A DNA stretch of 63,518 bases, filler included, from Octopus bimaculoides (taxonomy: Eukaryota): the NCBI RefSeq assembly GCF_001194135.2. It is 5 parts of 5 records of this genome, joined end to end, with 100 filler letters (N's around TTAATTAATTAA, not from the genome) between each part and the next. Parts side by side here need not be neighbours in the genome. Positions count along the whole stretch, not along the records: positions 8,234 to 32,414 come from NC_068981.1; 4 more parts are not named here. One strand, written 5' to 3'. How positions within the stretch are numbered: the first letter of the stretch is position 1; every line of letters starts with the position of its first letter. A model generated the notes under the pieces. It ran no database searches. It was not told where the DNA came from and was given only the letters and a program-made list of their open reading frames with translations. The position numbers and the translations under genes are program-made. Positions 11,650 through 22,430 of this stretch are shown piece after piece.

Positions 11650-11920
11650 CACTGAGACTGGAAATCTGCAAAAGTTACCAAAAGTATATAATTTAAGTAT
11701 ATATGATCATGTCTAGACGTGCAACTATATGCAAGAGAATATCTACATAAAACAAAACGTACAAATCTGTTCGCATACATACATACATACATACATACCT
11801 ACATACAAAAATACCCTGTTGATGTTGAAATTCCAATGAAGAAGTCTTGGATCTAGGTTAGACCGGCTCTTTCTCTACTGACAAGAAATCTTGAAGTAAA
11901 ACTGAATAAGGACCTACATA
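11650..11920 (+). mobile_element. Same RLE LINE family, 3'-terminal fragment (copy 2)
   Basis: Repeats the 3' UTR aaaaataccctgtt...gatctaggttag...caagaaatcttg and is flanked by (TACA)n on both sides. Confidence 0.85.
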
Positions 11921-12059
11921 CATGCATAGATACATAAATAATACATACATACATACATACATACATACAGACAGACAGACATATACCTATAAAAGAAAAC
12001 GCCTACATACTAATTTGATCGTATTGAGACTAATGGGTTAAAGCAATATTTCTGAAACT

Positions 12060-12490
12060 GAAAAATTTGAACACGACTTAAAATTTAAAACACAACCGCC
12101 TAGATATTATTGTGTGAGACCACAAAACATACGTTCTGTTCTGGAAATCAGCTGCCAACTGGACACCAGTGTTATTAGAATAATACAATAGAAAGACGAC
12201 ATCTGTGGTCCATTGACAAGGAGTTTGCAAACCCAGTACCCAGGATACACTTGAAGTTTCACAGCTATTATTATTGGAGCAACACGATACATACCAACCC
12301 GTCTAGAGAAGAGCATGGCAGATCTTGGGGCGAGAATGCAAATCTTCCATTCATACGCAACAAATGATCGTGATATCTAGGACTATAAAATCTACAAGAC
12401 CGTCTTATGATGCTTAAAACAAGATGCTTTTCTTCACAATCTTCCTACCAAGTACGTGGCCGGTCAAAATGTGAAATATAGTCCATGTAT
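12060..12490 (+). mobile_element. Divergent RLE LINE fragment (copy 3)
   Basis: KHNRLDIIV*DH / EISCQLDTSV...KDDICGPL...YPGYT...IIIGATRYIPTRL (frameshifted). Ends in (TACA)n. Confidence 0.65.
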
Positions 12491-13364
12491 ATATACATAC
12501 ATACAAGCATACATACATACATACATACCTAAATGCGTACGTACTTACATACATACATACATGCATACACACATACATACATACATACATACATACATAC
12601 ATACATACATACATACATGTGCCTGATGCACAAAAGGGATAGATATGCAGGAAAAGTAGTAAGATGTGACCACCGATGCAGACTTTGTGGAGTTAACACC
12701 GAAGATGTCACCCACATCATAAGCAGTTGTCCGAAAATGTCATAGCAGTATTATTTACCGATGAGACATGATGTCGTAGCTAGGATACTCTGAAATGAAA
12801 TTCGTTGGAAGGATAACCCCAAGGACAGAGAAATAAGAACCCAGAGTACGGTAGCAGCCATCGTCACTCATAATAAAAAGGAGTACTAGTGGAATGTACG
12901 AGTGAAGACCTCAATAACATGTAAGAGCAGCATACCTGATATAATGATTTGGGATAGAGAAGAGAATCTGTGTACAGTTGTGGAAATTAGCTGCCCAACA
13001 GATGTTAACATAAAGCTGAAGATCAGTGAAAAAGAGAAAACCTATACTGAACTATTGAGAAATCTGCACTTACTCTATCCAAATTACAAGTTTAGGTTTA
13101 TACCTATAATTATTGGGCCTAAATACCAATCTTGAGAAATTAGGCTTCTCAAAACCAGAAAGGAGACAGCTAATTCGAAGACTACAGATCCAGTCCATCA
13201 CTGGATCTGTAGAAATCTGTAAAACTTTCCAGAAGTTTAGCATTTAAATATATATGAGCATGCCGAGATATGCGACTATATACATGAGGATACATACATA
13301 AAGCAAAACACAAATCTGCACACATGCATACATACATACATACATGCATACATACATACATACA

Positions 13365-13398
<34 letters not shown>

Positions 13399-13414
13399 CA
13401 TACATACATATATA

Positions 13415-14360
13415 TCAGGTCATCACATAAGTTCTGTCCGATTTTACCTTTTTTTAAAATTGAATGAAATTTTTGATTGTCTAATGGAATCAAAAAATAT
13501 TTTTATGCATTTGTGTACAGTTAAACTAATTAAATATCATTTTACAGAATAATCGAATTAAAATTTCTTTGATTAAAACCCTTTCTAACATGCAAGTATC
13601 CAAAGAGCATTTGAGGCACGTTATGCTTATGAGTACAAAAATGGAAACTTTGCAGCCGAAGCGACTCGAAACATACACTCAGCTTATGGAAAAGAATGTT
13701 TCAATGAAAAAAATTGCAGAAGATAGTTTGCAAAACTCATTTCACCGTTTTTGGATAGACTTGTGACTGTTGACGAAAAATGGATCTTCTATCGAAATGT
13801 TAAACGTCGTAAACAGTGGCTTTGTAAAAGGGAAAAAGTTCAACCACAACCGAGAAGGGAACTTCATGGGAAAAGGTTCTTCTCTCTATCTGGTGGGATT
13901 GCAAAGGAGTAATTCACTTTCAATTGTTACCACCTAATGCAACAATCAATGCTCAAGTCTACTGTCAGCAATTAGAGCGTTTAAATCAAACTTTCAAGAA
14001 AACATGACCTGCTTTAGTGAATCGAAAAGGAGTGATATTTCATCAGGAAAATGCACGACCCCACACTGCAAAGCTCATATCACAAGAAGATCGAAGAGCT
14101 TGGTTGGGAAAAAATTCCTCATCCACCTTATTCTCCCGACCTTGCTCCTTCAGACTACTATTTGTTTCGTAGTTTACAGAATCATTTGGGGGACATAACT
14201 TTCGCAAGCCAGGAAGAGNNNNNNNNNNCTTCGAAATAGATGGAAGGAAGTCATAGATAATCAAGGAAAGTACATAGATGATTAAATTTCAATTAAATGT
14301 AACATTTGATCACTTGTTTTGTTTATTCAAAATTCGGACAGAACCTATGAGATGACCTAG
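13415..14360 (+). mobile_element. Internally deleted, defective mariner (DD34D) with both TIRs and TA flanks
   Basis: TIR tcaggtcatcacataagttctgtccgatttt pairs with aaaattcggacagaacctatgagatgacctag. Motifs VTVDEKWI and HPPYSPDLAPSDYYLFRSLQNHL. Confidence 0.92.
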
Positions 14361-14727
14361 TACATACAAACAAACAAAAATACCCTGTTGTTGATGTTGA
14401 AATTCCAAAACACTTTCACCGGAAAGTGTTTGTATATTCGGATTCTACATAGTAAATACTATATGCATAGAAAATTTCATTAAAAAATATTCATTTTTCT
14501 GAAAATTATGACCTCCCAAAGTCTGGGGGGGGGGGGGGTAAAACCCTGTAGTTATGCCAGTTTCCTGGTACGAAAAAAAAAAAAGGAAAATTCCGATATA
14601 ACTTGAAATCGAAAAGCCTAGGGGTTAAAAAAACCCATAAGAAAACAAGTCTTAGTCGGGCAGCAGATGCATGTTATTTAGATGGGTGTATAAAATGACT
14701 TGTGAGCTTGGAAATATGCGTGAATGG

Positions 14728-15040
14728 GGCAAATTAAATGGCATGTATATATAATAAATGAAGCAAAAGTAAAATAAGGTAAAGTACATAATTTCAAGGC
14801 ATGCAGAGGGAATTAAAGGTTCATTTCCTGCATGATTATTGTCCCAAGGATTAACAAGCATTTCTCTTTGTTTAGTAGTTCGTGGCAAATTAAATGGCAT
14901 GTATATATAATAAATGAAGGTAAAATACATAATTTCAAGGCATGCAGAGGGAATTAAAGGTTCATTTCATGCATGATTATTGTCCCAAGGATTAACAAGC
15001 ATTTCTCTTTGTTTATTAGTTCGTGGCAAATTAAATGGCA
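14728..15040. repeat. Tandem repeat: 156-bp and 141-bp units plus a partial third
   Basis: Units start ggcaaattaaatggca at 14728, 14884 and 15025. They differ mainly by a 15-bp indel. Confidence 0.92.
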
Positions 15041-16004
15041 AGAAATCTTGAAATAAAACTGAAGAACGATATACATATGTATCTGCGTATACACACGCAT
15101 ATGCATAGCAACACATCCTTATGTATACAAAGCGTAATTATATTCGTATTTAGGTGTGAGTGTATTTGATGTAAAAATCAAACTTCTGTCATATGTATAT
15201 GTGCTTGCGTATCTACAGATAAACAGATATTTTGTTGTTTTTGCTGTTTATTTTATTTGTTTGTTTGTTTTTTTTAACAATACACCTTAATGCACTGAAA
15301 AATACTCCTCAGTGACTTTAGGTTCAAGAAATTCTTTCTGTTACAGGCTTTCGAGCTAGAACTTTGGTCTCAGAATAAATATTTTCTTTCTAATAGTCTC
15401 GACAGTTTTGTTCTCTGAAATCGGCGCTCGTCGCCCTTTTTCTTTTGACAGAACCGTACAAAATTATGAAAATTTTTACGTTTTTTTTTTGTTTTTTTTC
15501 TATACTGAAGTCTATATAAATGTCGATATACAAGTTAATGCGTTAATGCAAACATAACTTTGAATACATCAGCTGCTATTATTCCAGTACTTTTCGAATT
15601 TATTATTAATAGTATTAGAATGATTAACAGACGCATTACTATAAGACGCATTACGAGAATTTAATATCGTGTATATTAATGTTAAAAATGATTTTTATAT
15701 TAATGAGTACTTACGTAACATAAACATAGAATTGCTGAAAATAGAAAAGTTTGAATCAACTTCGCTATCATTATGTCGTTAAAGCTATTATCAATCTCAG
15801 TCTATTTTTCCAATGAATATTATATTTAGGTATAATTTGTATATTTCACATTCGTTGCGTGCTTTTTTTTTTTCATTTACGTTTTAGACATAAAAATATA
15901 GACGAACCCTTACGCAAACAGTCACACGCACTTACACACGCATAAGACATACATACATACATATATGTATATATGTCTATTTATCAATTTATATAGATGT
16001 GCAC

Positions 16005-16065
<61 letters not shown>

Positions 16066-16512
16066 ACGTGTGTGTCTGTGTACAAATAGAAAGAATTATT
16101 TAGAGAATCAAATAGAACTAATAGTATGCACTTCTCAGGGAATCAGGCAATATAATACTTAATCTTTGGATGCGGCTTTAACATTAACAAGCTCGTGAAA
16201 AATCCATGAACTACTATTGTGATGTGTATAGTGTTCATTATTTAAAATCCGGGAGAAAGGACAGGTAAAATATATTTATTCTGTGTGCTTTCAGCTGTTT
16301 CATACTCTATATTTAGTTACATCATTGGTGTTGATTTTAAGTAGCAAAGCTAATGATATAAGGTTCCCAAGCTCCTTAAATTTGTATATTCATACATGTA
16401 TATGCACACACACACACACAGACACACGCACACACACAAACACATGAATAGTAACAAAACGATTCACTGAAAAGAACAATTCGTTAGAAAATTTTATGGG
16501 TATAAATACATT

Positions 16513-16566
<54 letters not shown>

Positions 16567-16691
16567 GTGTGTTTGTGTGCATGAGTGTGTGTGTGTGCAT
16601 GAGCGTGTGTGTGTGAGAGAGAGAAAGAGAAAGTGAGAGTGTGTGTATGTGCGCGCATATGTTTCAAATTACGCGTTTTTCTTCGTCAAAG

Positions 16692-16808
16692 CCCTTCACC
16701 TCATTCATAGTAACTGCTTTAACAGACCTTAGATTTGTCAAGCTTTCGCCTATGAGTTTTCGTCGTGTTTTCTATCCAGATCACATAATCATTTCTTTCG
16801 AGGAATAT
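16692..16808 (+). CDS. Exon F (117 bp, phase 0-0; PFTSFIVTALTDLRFVKLSPMSFRRVFYPDHIIISFEEY). The acceptor is uncertain; alternatives start at 16726, 16743 or 16780.
   Basis: Acceptor cgtttttcttcgtcaaag| and strong donor |gtaagc. Lies inside listed ORF 16641..16832. Confidence 0.55.
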
Positions 16809-16984
16809 GTAAGCTGTTTGTCATTGGCCTGAATAATGTACTTTGGTGGCGCTTAATGAAACATGATTTACCTTCACTGCAGCAACCACCTCCTTGTGCA
16901 CCCTATCATGTCACCAACAGTTGCGGTTGTCGGTTGACGACCTGTTGTCGCCTTTCCGGTGTTGTTGAAGGGATTATTTTTTAG

Positions 16985-17045
16985 CGCACAAGAGACAAGG
17001 AATGTGCTCCACCCTTGACTCGTGCGAGAACGTTTGTCGTACATG
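16985..17045 (+). CDS. Exon G (61 bp, phase 0-1; RTRDKECAPPLTRARTFVVH)
   Basis: Acceptor attattttttag| and donor |gtaagg. Confidence 0.6.
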
Positions 17046-17555
17046 GTAAGGTATCAGAGACAAACAGATACGAAATCTTATGCAAAGCATACCAAATCAT
17101 CAGAGAACCGATCGATTTCCGCTACTGATATATTGATTCATAAACCAGTAAGCTCGTGCTTTCTCTGCACAACTTACAACAATCACACAAAAAGAAAAAG
17201 AAAAGAAGCACTCAAGTCTTTCGAACGCAGTCCACTTTGAAAACATCTCACGAGGTTAATTCTGAAATATTCATGTAAATTGCTTGTGTTCATGTGTGAA
17301 CGAGGCAAATCAGAATAGAGAATTAAGAAACTATAAATATATAGTGTACGAAATATTTGTCAACCATTTCAGCATGTCATAGAAGTTAGTGAAAGGTCCA
17401 GTACTCTTGGATAACTAAGCAGGAGTTTTTTTGGTGATATCTAGTTTGTGAAGTGATTGAAAAATTATTTCTCCTATGCATAAATCTATACGAAATCCAT
17501 CAACACTAAATTATTTATGAAATGTAAATAGTGGGAAAATATAACTGGTCTTTAG

Positions 17556-17633
17556 ACCAGCAGGAAACAGCAGCCAAAATTTCCTTTAATTCACACCCTT
17601 TCGTCTTGGAAAAGAAACAACATATTGAATCAT
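17556..17633 (+). CDS. Exon H (78 bp, phase 1-1; DQQETAAKISFNSHPFVLEKKQHIES)
   Basis: Acceptor ctggtctttag| and donor |gtatgg. Lies inside listed ORF 17531..17713. Confidence 0.58.
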
Positions 17634-19456
17634 GTATGGGTTCTAGATATACTTCTGAAAAATGTGGGATGTTTATGGTAGGCATGCCATTAATCATATG
17701 TCAATTTAATTAGAGCTGACTTGGTGGTAAACAATAACGAATTCGATGTCTTGTGTTTTACTTGGTCATATATTGATAACTAAATAATCAATAAATTAAA
17801 CCAGTTAAACAATAAAGTAGAAATTAATCTTTATTTAGTCTGTTAAAACAACTATATTTCTTCATCTTTTTTCTTTCACAAATTAAATTTATTATACTAG
17901 AAATAAATTGTAGTTGCCTTTTACGCTGTTAAGGTCAGTCTAACCTCCATAGTCTTCTCATACGCCATACTACATCGTACATGTGTAGGCATTGTTGATC
18001 TTATTGCACATGTAGTTTTCTAGAAATATGAGAAAGTAAAGAAAAATTAAATAAAAATCTATACATTGTAACATTTATGAAGGTATTTGCCTGTGGTATA
18101 TTATTAAAATTCAAGCCATGTTTTATTCTTTTTATGAGCGAGAGGGTGGGGAATATTTAAAACACAAAATCAAATAAGCAGCAATAAATGCAATGTAAAG
18201 CATTAGTTTTGTGTTTGAACATACAACAAGTTTTTGGTTCAGAGAGCTACAAAAATAATTGCCTCTTTGATGGATTCAAACGTCATGGAATCAAGGAAAA
18301 CCACGTGCTCGCGACTCAGATAATGGAAGTTTTGTTTAATCCACCATGCATCACTTGTAGAATTTTGATTAAATTTTCCACGCAAAAGGATAACAATTTT
18401 TTAAAGACATAAACAAGTTATGTGAAAGCTAAGTATTTGGTTCACTGCACTAGCTACCTGCTGGAACAACCTTGGACCACAAAAACGCCTTGAGGCAGCT
18501 ACATGATGTGCTAGTAATAGCAGCCAATTTTCTTTCAAACCTCACTCATGAAAAGGGATGAATATATGAGGTACCGTGGTTGGGAATGCACACTGCTAGA
18601 AAGAAAGACGGGATGATTATGGCTTGAATATATTTAATCATGTGACTACATGATTTGCGTTTACCTAGGATAAATCGCACCAACGCAGTACAATCATCAT
18701 AGCAGTTTTAAATTTGCAGGTTCGAATTTCCTTTCTTTATAATTCGGGGTATGAGTATATGAAGATAGAAATTGAGATATTTGTAAGAATTTTGCTGTAA
18801 ATACTGATAGAAAAATAGATACAATACCATACTGTATCTCATATTAAATTGACTTCCTATGCATGTAATAATACCATAATGATTAAATGTATTGATATTA
18901 CTAATTATCGTAAATGAAAGGTCATAAATATATTTACAAAAGCATTCTATCTTATTAGAATGGAACTCTACTATATTTTAAATTTTGATATGAAATAGAA
19001 TAGAAATTGGAGACACCTATATGACATTAGTGTTTCTTTTTGTTATAGCGGAGAAAAAACACAGTGCCTTTTCTTTTTTCCTTTTTTCTTATAACGGAGT
19101 AAAATGTATGTTGTGTATAAGCCTTCTGCATTTAAAGTAATTAGAATAATTAGTAGAGTAAAACCTCATACTAAAATTCATTAACTAAGAATCTAAAGGG
19201 AAATAGATTTTAGAAAGAATGATTCGTTAAGTGCCAAGTTGTCTTCAGTTACACGACCTTTTTGAGTAGCCAATCACATTTAATTTACAACAGAAAGAGC
19301 AAAAGTATCGACCATACCAAGTTCAAAACAAAAGCCGAGAGTTGCGAGCAAGAAATTAGCGTATTAATATATTTGATGAAGATTTCTGGCCAAAGATCTA
19401 CCAATCAACCATATAATTAATTATTTCTAATAATGATCTTCTTTGTGTTAACACAG

Positions 19457-19527
19457 CACAGAGTCAATATAAAATGTCAAGCAACAATGTAGTGCGAAAA
19501 CGTTCTGACACCCGCTTTGAGATTTGA
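19457..19527 (+). CDS. Putative terminal coding exon I (SQSQYKMSSNNVVRKRSDTRFEI*)
   Basis: Acceptor cttctttgtgttaacacag|. The junction codon with exon H is TCA. TGA at 19525-19527 is followed by TAG, and AATAAA occurs at 19841. Confidence 0.5.
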
Positions 19528-20059
19528 TAGCTTTATACTTTTTCGGAGTGGCAATTTTGTTGAGTAGATAAGGTGATGTGGATTATGTTGTTGATTAGCC
19601 TCATGTCATTTATGATTAAGCAAATATATGAATAGATGCCTTCCAGGTTTAACCATCGCCGATTTGTGTGTCTAAGACATCCACTGCATCTTTCGTTATC
19701 GTTGATAACATTGAGGAGTGATTCGAGAGATTAACGACAGTGAACCAGCCGACGTTGACTTAAGCATTATCAGCCAAATCAAACTCCATCATACCACCTC
19801 CGATATAATGTTTGGTACTCCTGATATTTTTGCAGCAGTAAATAAAAATAACATTGCTCTGCAATAGACCCTGCTAAATTCTCTGCTGGTGTTGTGAAAG
19901 GACGCCGAATCGAAATTGAATTTCCTCTAGCGAATATTTGGAGTAATTCGATAAACAAAGGATATATCAAAACATTATCTATCCCAATCGTTCGTCCCAG
20001 TTTTTAAAGAAGGCATAATTTCACTCGTAGTCAACTATCACCCAATTCTAGTTTTCATA

Positions 20060-20610
20060 TACTCTTTTACTCTTTTACTTGTTTCAGTCATTAAACTGCG
20101 GCCATGCTGGAGCACCGCATTTAGTCGAGCAAATCAACCCCAGGACTTATTCTTTGTAAGCGTAGTACTTATTCTATCGGACTCTTTTGCCGAACCGCTA
20201 GGTTACGGGGACGTAAACACACAAGCATCGGTTGTCAAGCAATGCTAGGGGGACAAACACAGANNNNNNNNNNGCAAATCAACCCCAGGACTTATTCTTT
20301 GTAAGCGTAGTACTTATTCTATCGGACTCTTTTGCCGAACCGCTAGGTTACGGGGACGTAAACACACAAGCATCGGTTGTCAAGCAATGCTAGGGGGACA
20401 AACACAGACACACAAACACACACCCACACACACACATACACACATATATATATATATACATATATACAACGGGCTTCTTTCAGTTTCCGTCTACCAAATC
20501 CACTCGCAAGGCTTTGATCGGCCCGAGGCTATAGTAGAAGGCACTTGCCCATGATGTCACGCAGTGGGACTGTACCCGGAACCATGTGGTTGGTAAGCAA
20601 GCTATTTACC
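20060..20610 (-). mobile_element. Full-length SINE family A (with an assembly duplication around the small gap)
   Basis: The reverse complement runs from the head ggcgaaggagtggctgtgtggtaaatag to the tail gactgaaacaagtaaaagagta. Confidence 0.9.
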
Positions 20611-21174
20611 ACACAGCCACTCCTTCGCCTAAAATGAAATTAATCAAAAAGCTGGTGTTCAAAAATAACTAACTTTATCTCGTAAACTCATTGTGGCATC
20701 GCCTACTAAAAATATGTCCTGCCTCACTTTGATGACATGCTAAGATTTTAATAAAATGTTCAAACACAAATATATATCTCGACTTCAGAAAGTTTTTCCT
20801 TATAGTCGACTACATCGTCTGTTCTTATAAGTTCGATACTGAAATTCGTGGAAAGCTGCACTGATTTAAGTGTATCTTGGTAAGGAGTTTCTCATATGTT
20901 GCGAAATGTGAAATCCACTCAAACCAAGCAAAGCAAACGTCGTCATTGTGTCCTTCGAGGGCTTTGGTGAATCCACTACTCTTCATAATGTACTAGCAGA
21001 AAAAAAAAATTCGTGGGTGAGTCTAAGTGTCAAAATGATGTCAACGGAGATAATGGAAAATACTCAGGTCAACTTTGCATGCTACAAGCAAGTGGCTGGA
21101 AAGATATGCTGTGGGTGGCTAAATTTCAATTCATATATTTTTAGAAAGATTTGCTTAAGCGCACATATCGTATG

Positions 21175-21375
21175 TCTTTATTGCCTACAAGGGGCTAAAC
21201 ACAGAGGGGACAAACAAGGACAGACAAAGGGATTAAGTCGATTACATCAACCCCAGTGCACCCCGAAAGGATGAAAGGCAAAGTCGACTTCGGTGGAATT
21301 TGAACTCAGAACGTAACAGCAGACAAAATACCGCTAAGCATTTCGCCCGGCGTGCTAACGTTTCTGCCAGCTCAC
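21175..21375 (-). mobile_element. SINE family B
   Basis: ggcaaagtcgacttcggtggaatttgaactcagaacg...aagcatttcgcccggcgtgctaacg. Confidence 0.85.
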
Positions 21376-21909
21376 ATATCTTATTCCTCTGGAGAATCTC
21401 GCGTGATATCTAATATCAGATGCCTCTCATTCACCCTCTAATTAGCGTTCAAAATAATATTTTTTTCAATTGTCTTCGCCTAACAGCCCTCACCATTTGT
21501 TTTCACTGTTCTGTCTTGTTTTTACTGTCTTTTACTGTCTTGTTCTCACTGTCCTGTTCTTGTTTACACTTTCACCCTCCGCAAAAATTTCAAATTTTAT
21601 TTAATTTGCTTCGCGGGAAGGACTGTTCCAACGAAGTCACGTATTGTCCTTGCTTTCGTAACGCGGAGTAGATGGAACAGGGACAACTGAAGAAGGGAAA
21701 TACTCTTTATGTTGCATGTCTCATTTCTCTGTTTTTTTCGTTGTTCGAGAAAAAGTTCGTTTTCTGTTTTCGTCTTAATGTTTTCGTTTCTCATTGTGTT
21801 TAACGTTTTTTGTGATGTCTTGTACCCATATATGCATGCATGTATATATATAGATGTAGGTATGTACATATATGTATGGATATATGCATATAATTATATA
21901 TTATTTATG

Positions 21910-21942
<33 letters not shown>

Positions 21943-21982
21943 AAAACTGAACAAGGAGACGAACTCTCGGGATGTTGTTAAA

Positions 21983-22192
21983 CCATTTATATCTTGAATT
22001 CTTCTACATGTTTCGACGAATGCACTCCAAACTGTTAACATCTGTTTGATGAGTTTGTTTTTATATCCTTCCTGATGAGATTGATGCATTGCTGATCATG
22101 ATTTATCCTGTAGGACATTTTGGAGTGCATTCGTCGAAACATATGCAAAGGAATACAAGATATAAATGGAGGAATTTATAAATTCCTCCATT
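21983..22192. repeat. Fold-back (arms 21983-22031 and 22119-22169) overlapping a perfect 28-bp palindrome (22165-22192)
   Basis: Arm catgtttcgacgaatgcactccaaa pairs with tttggagtgcattcgtcgaaacat. The palindrome is aatggaggaatttataaattcctccatt. Confidence 0.88.
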
Positions 22193-22311
22193 ACAAATAC
22201 AACTAATACGTACGTACCTCATAGGTTTTTTTTATGTAAATATATATATGGATTTCAAATGTTGCCACAATTATAATATGTCTATTCTACTGTAATTTTC
22301 TGCATTTTCGT

Positions 22312-22430
22312 GCAGCTGAAGATTGCTCTACATATTGCATTTAATGTAATGCTCGCATTACTTAAATAAATGGAGTAGCATGAAACGTACGTACTGCAAT
22401 CATCTTTAAAATCCGTGTTGCTTATTTTGA
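22312..22430 (+). repeat. ~120-bp dispersed repeat (copy 2), abutting (TA)n
   Basis: Matches the reverse complement of 6351-6470. Confidence 0.9.

Larger units (their letters stand above)
12619..15070 (+). mobile_element. RLE LINE copy 4 (CCHC knuckle plus RLE), with its 3' UTR interrupted twice
   Basis: [24 protein letters not shown] and PDIMIWD...VEISCP...K..EKEKTY. The 3' UTR pieces resume at 14363-14407 and 15036-15070. Confidence 0.88.

Noticed and set aside
18243-18330. Exon candidate within ORF 18188..18412
   Set aside because: Joining to exon H gives TAG or a frame that soon stops, and there is no convincing donor.
19294-19360. Extra exon candidate (ERAKVSTIPSSKQKPRVASKKL)
   Set aside because: Splicing from exon H creates TAA and there is no strong donor. 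It is not included, though it could be used with an unseen exon.
20130-20407. Exact ~135-bp duplication of SINE sequence either side of an 11-N gap
   Set aside because: Typical unmerged contig overlap.
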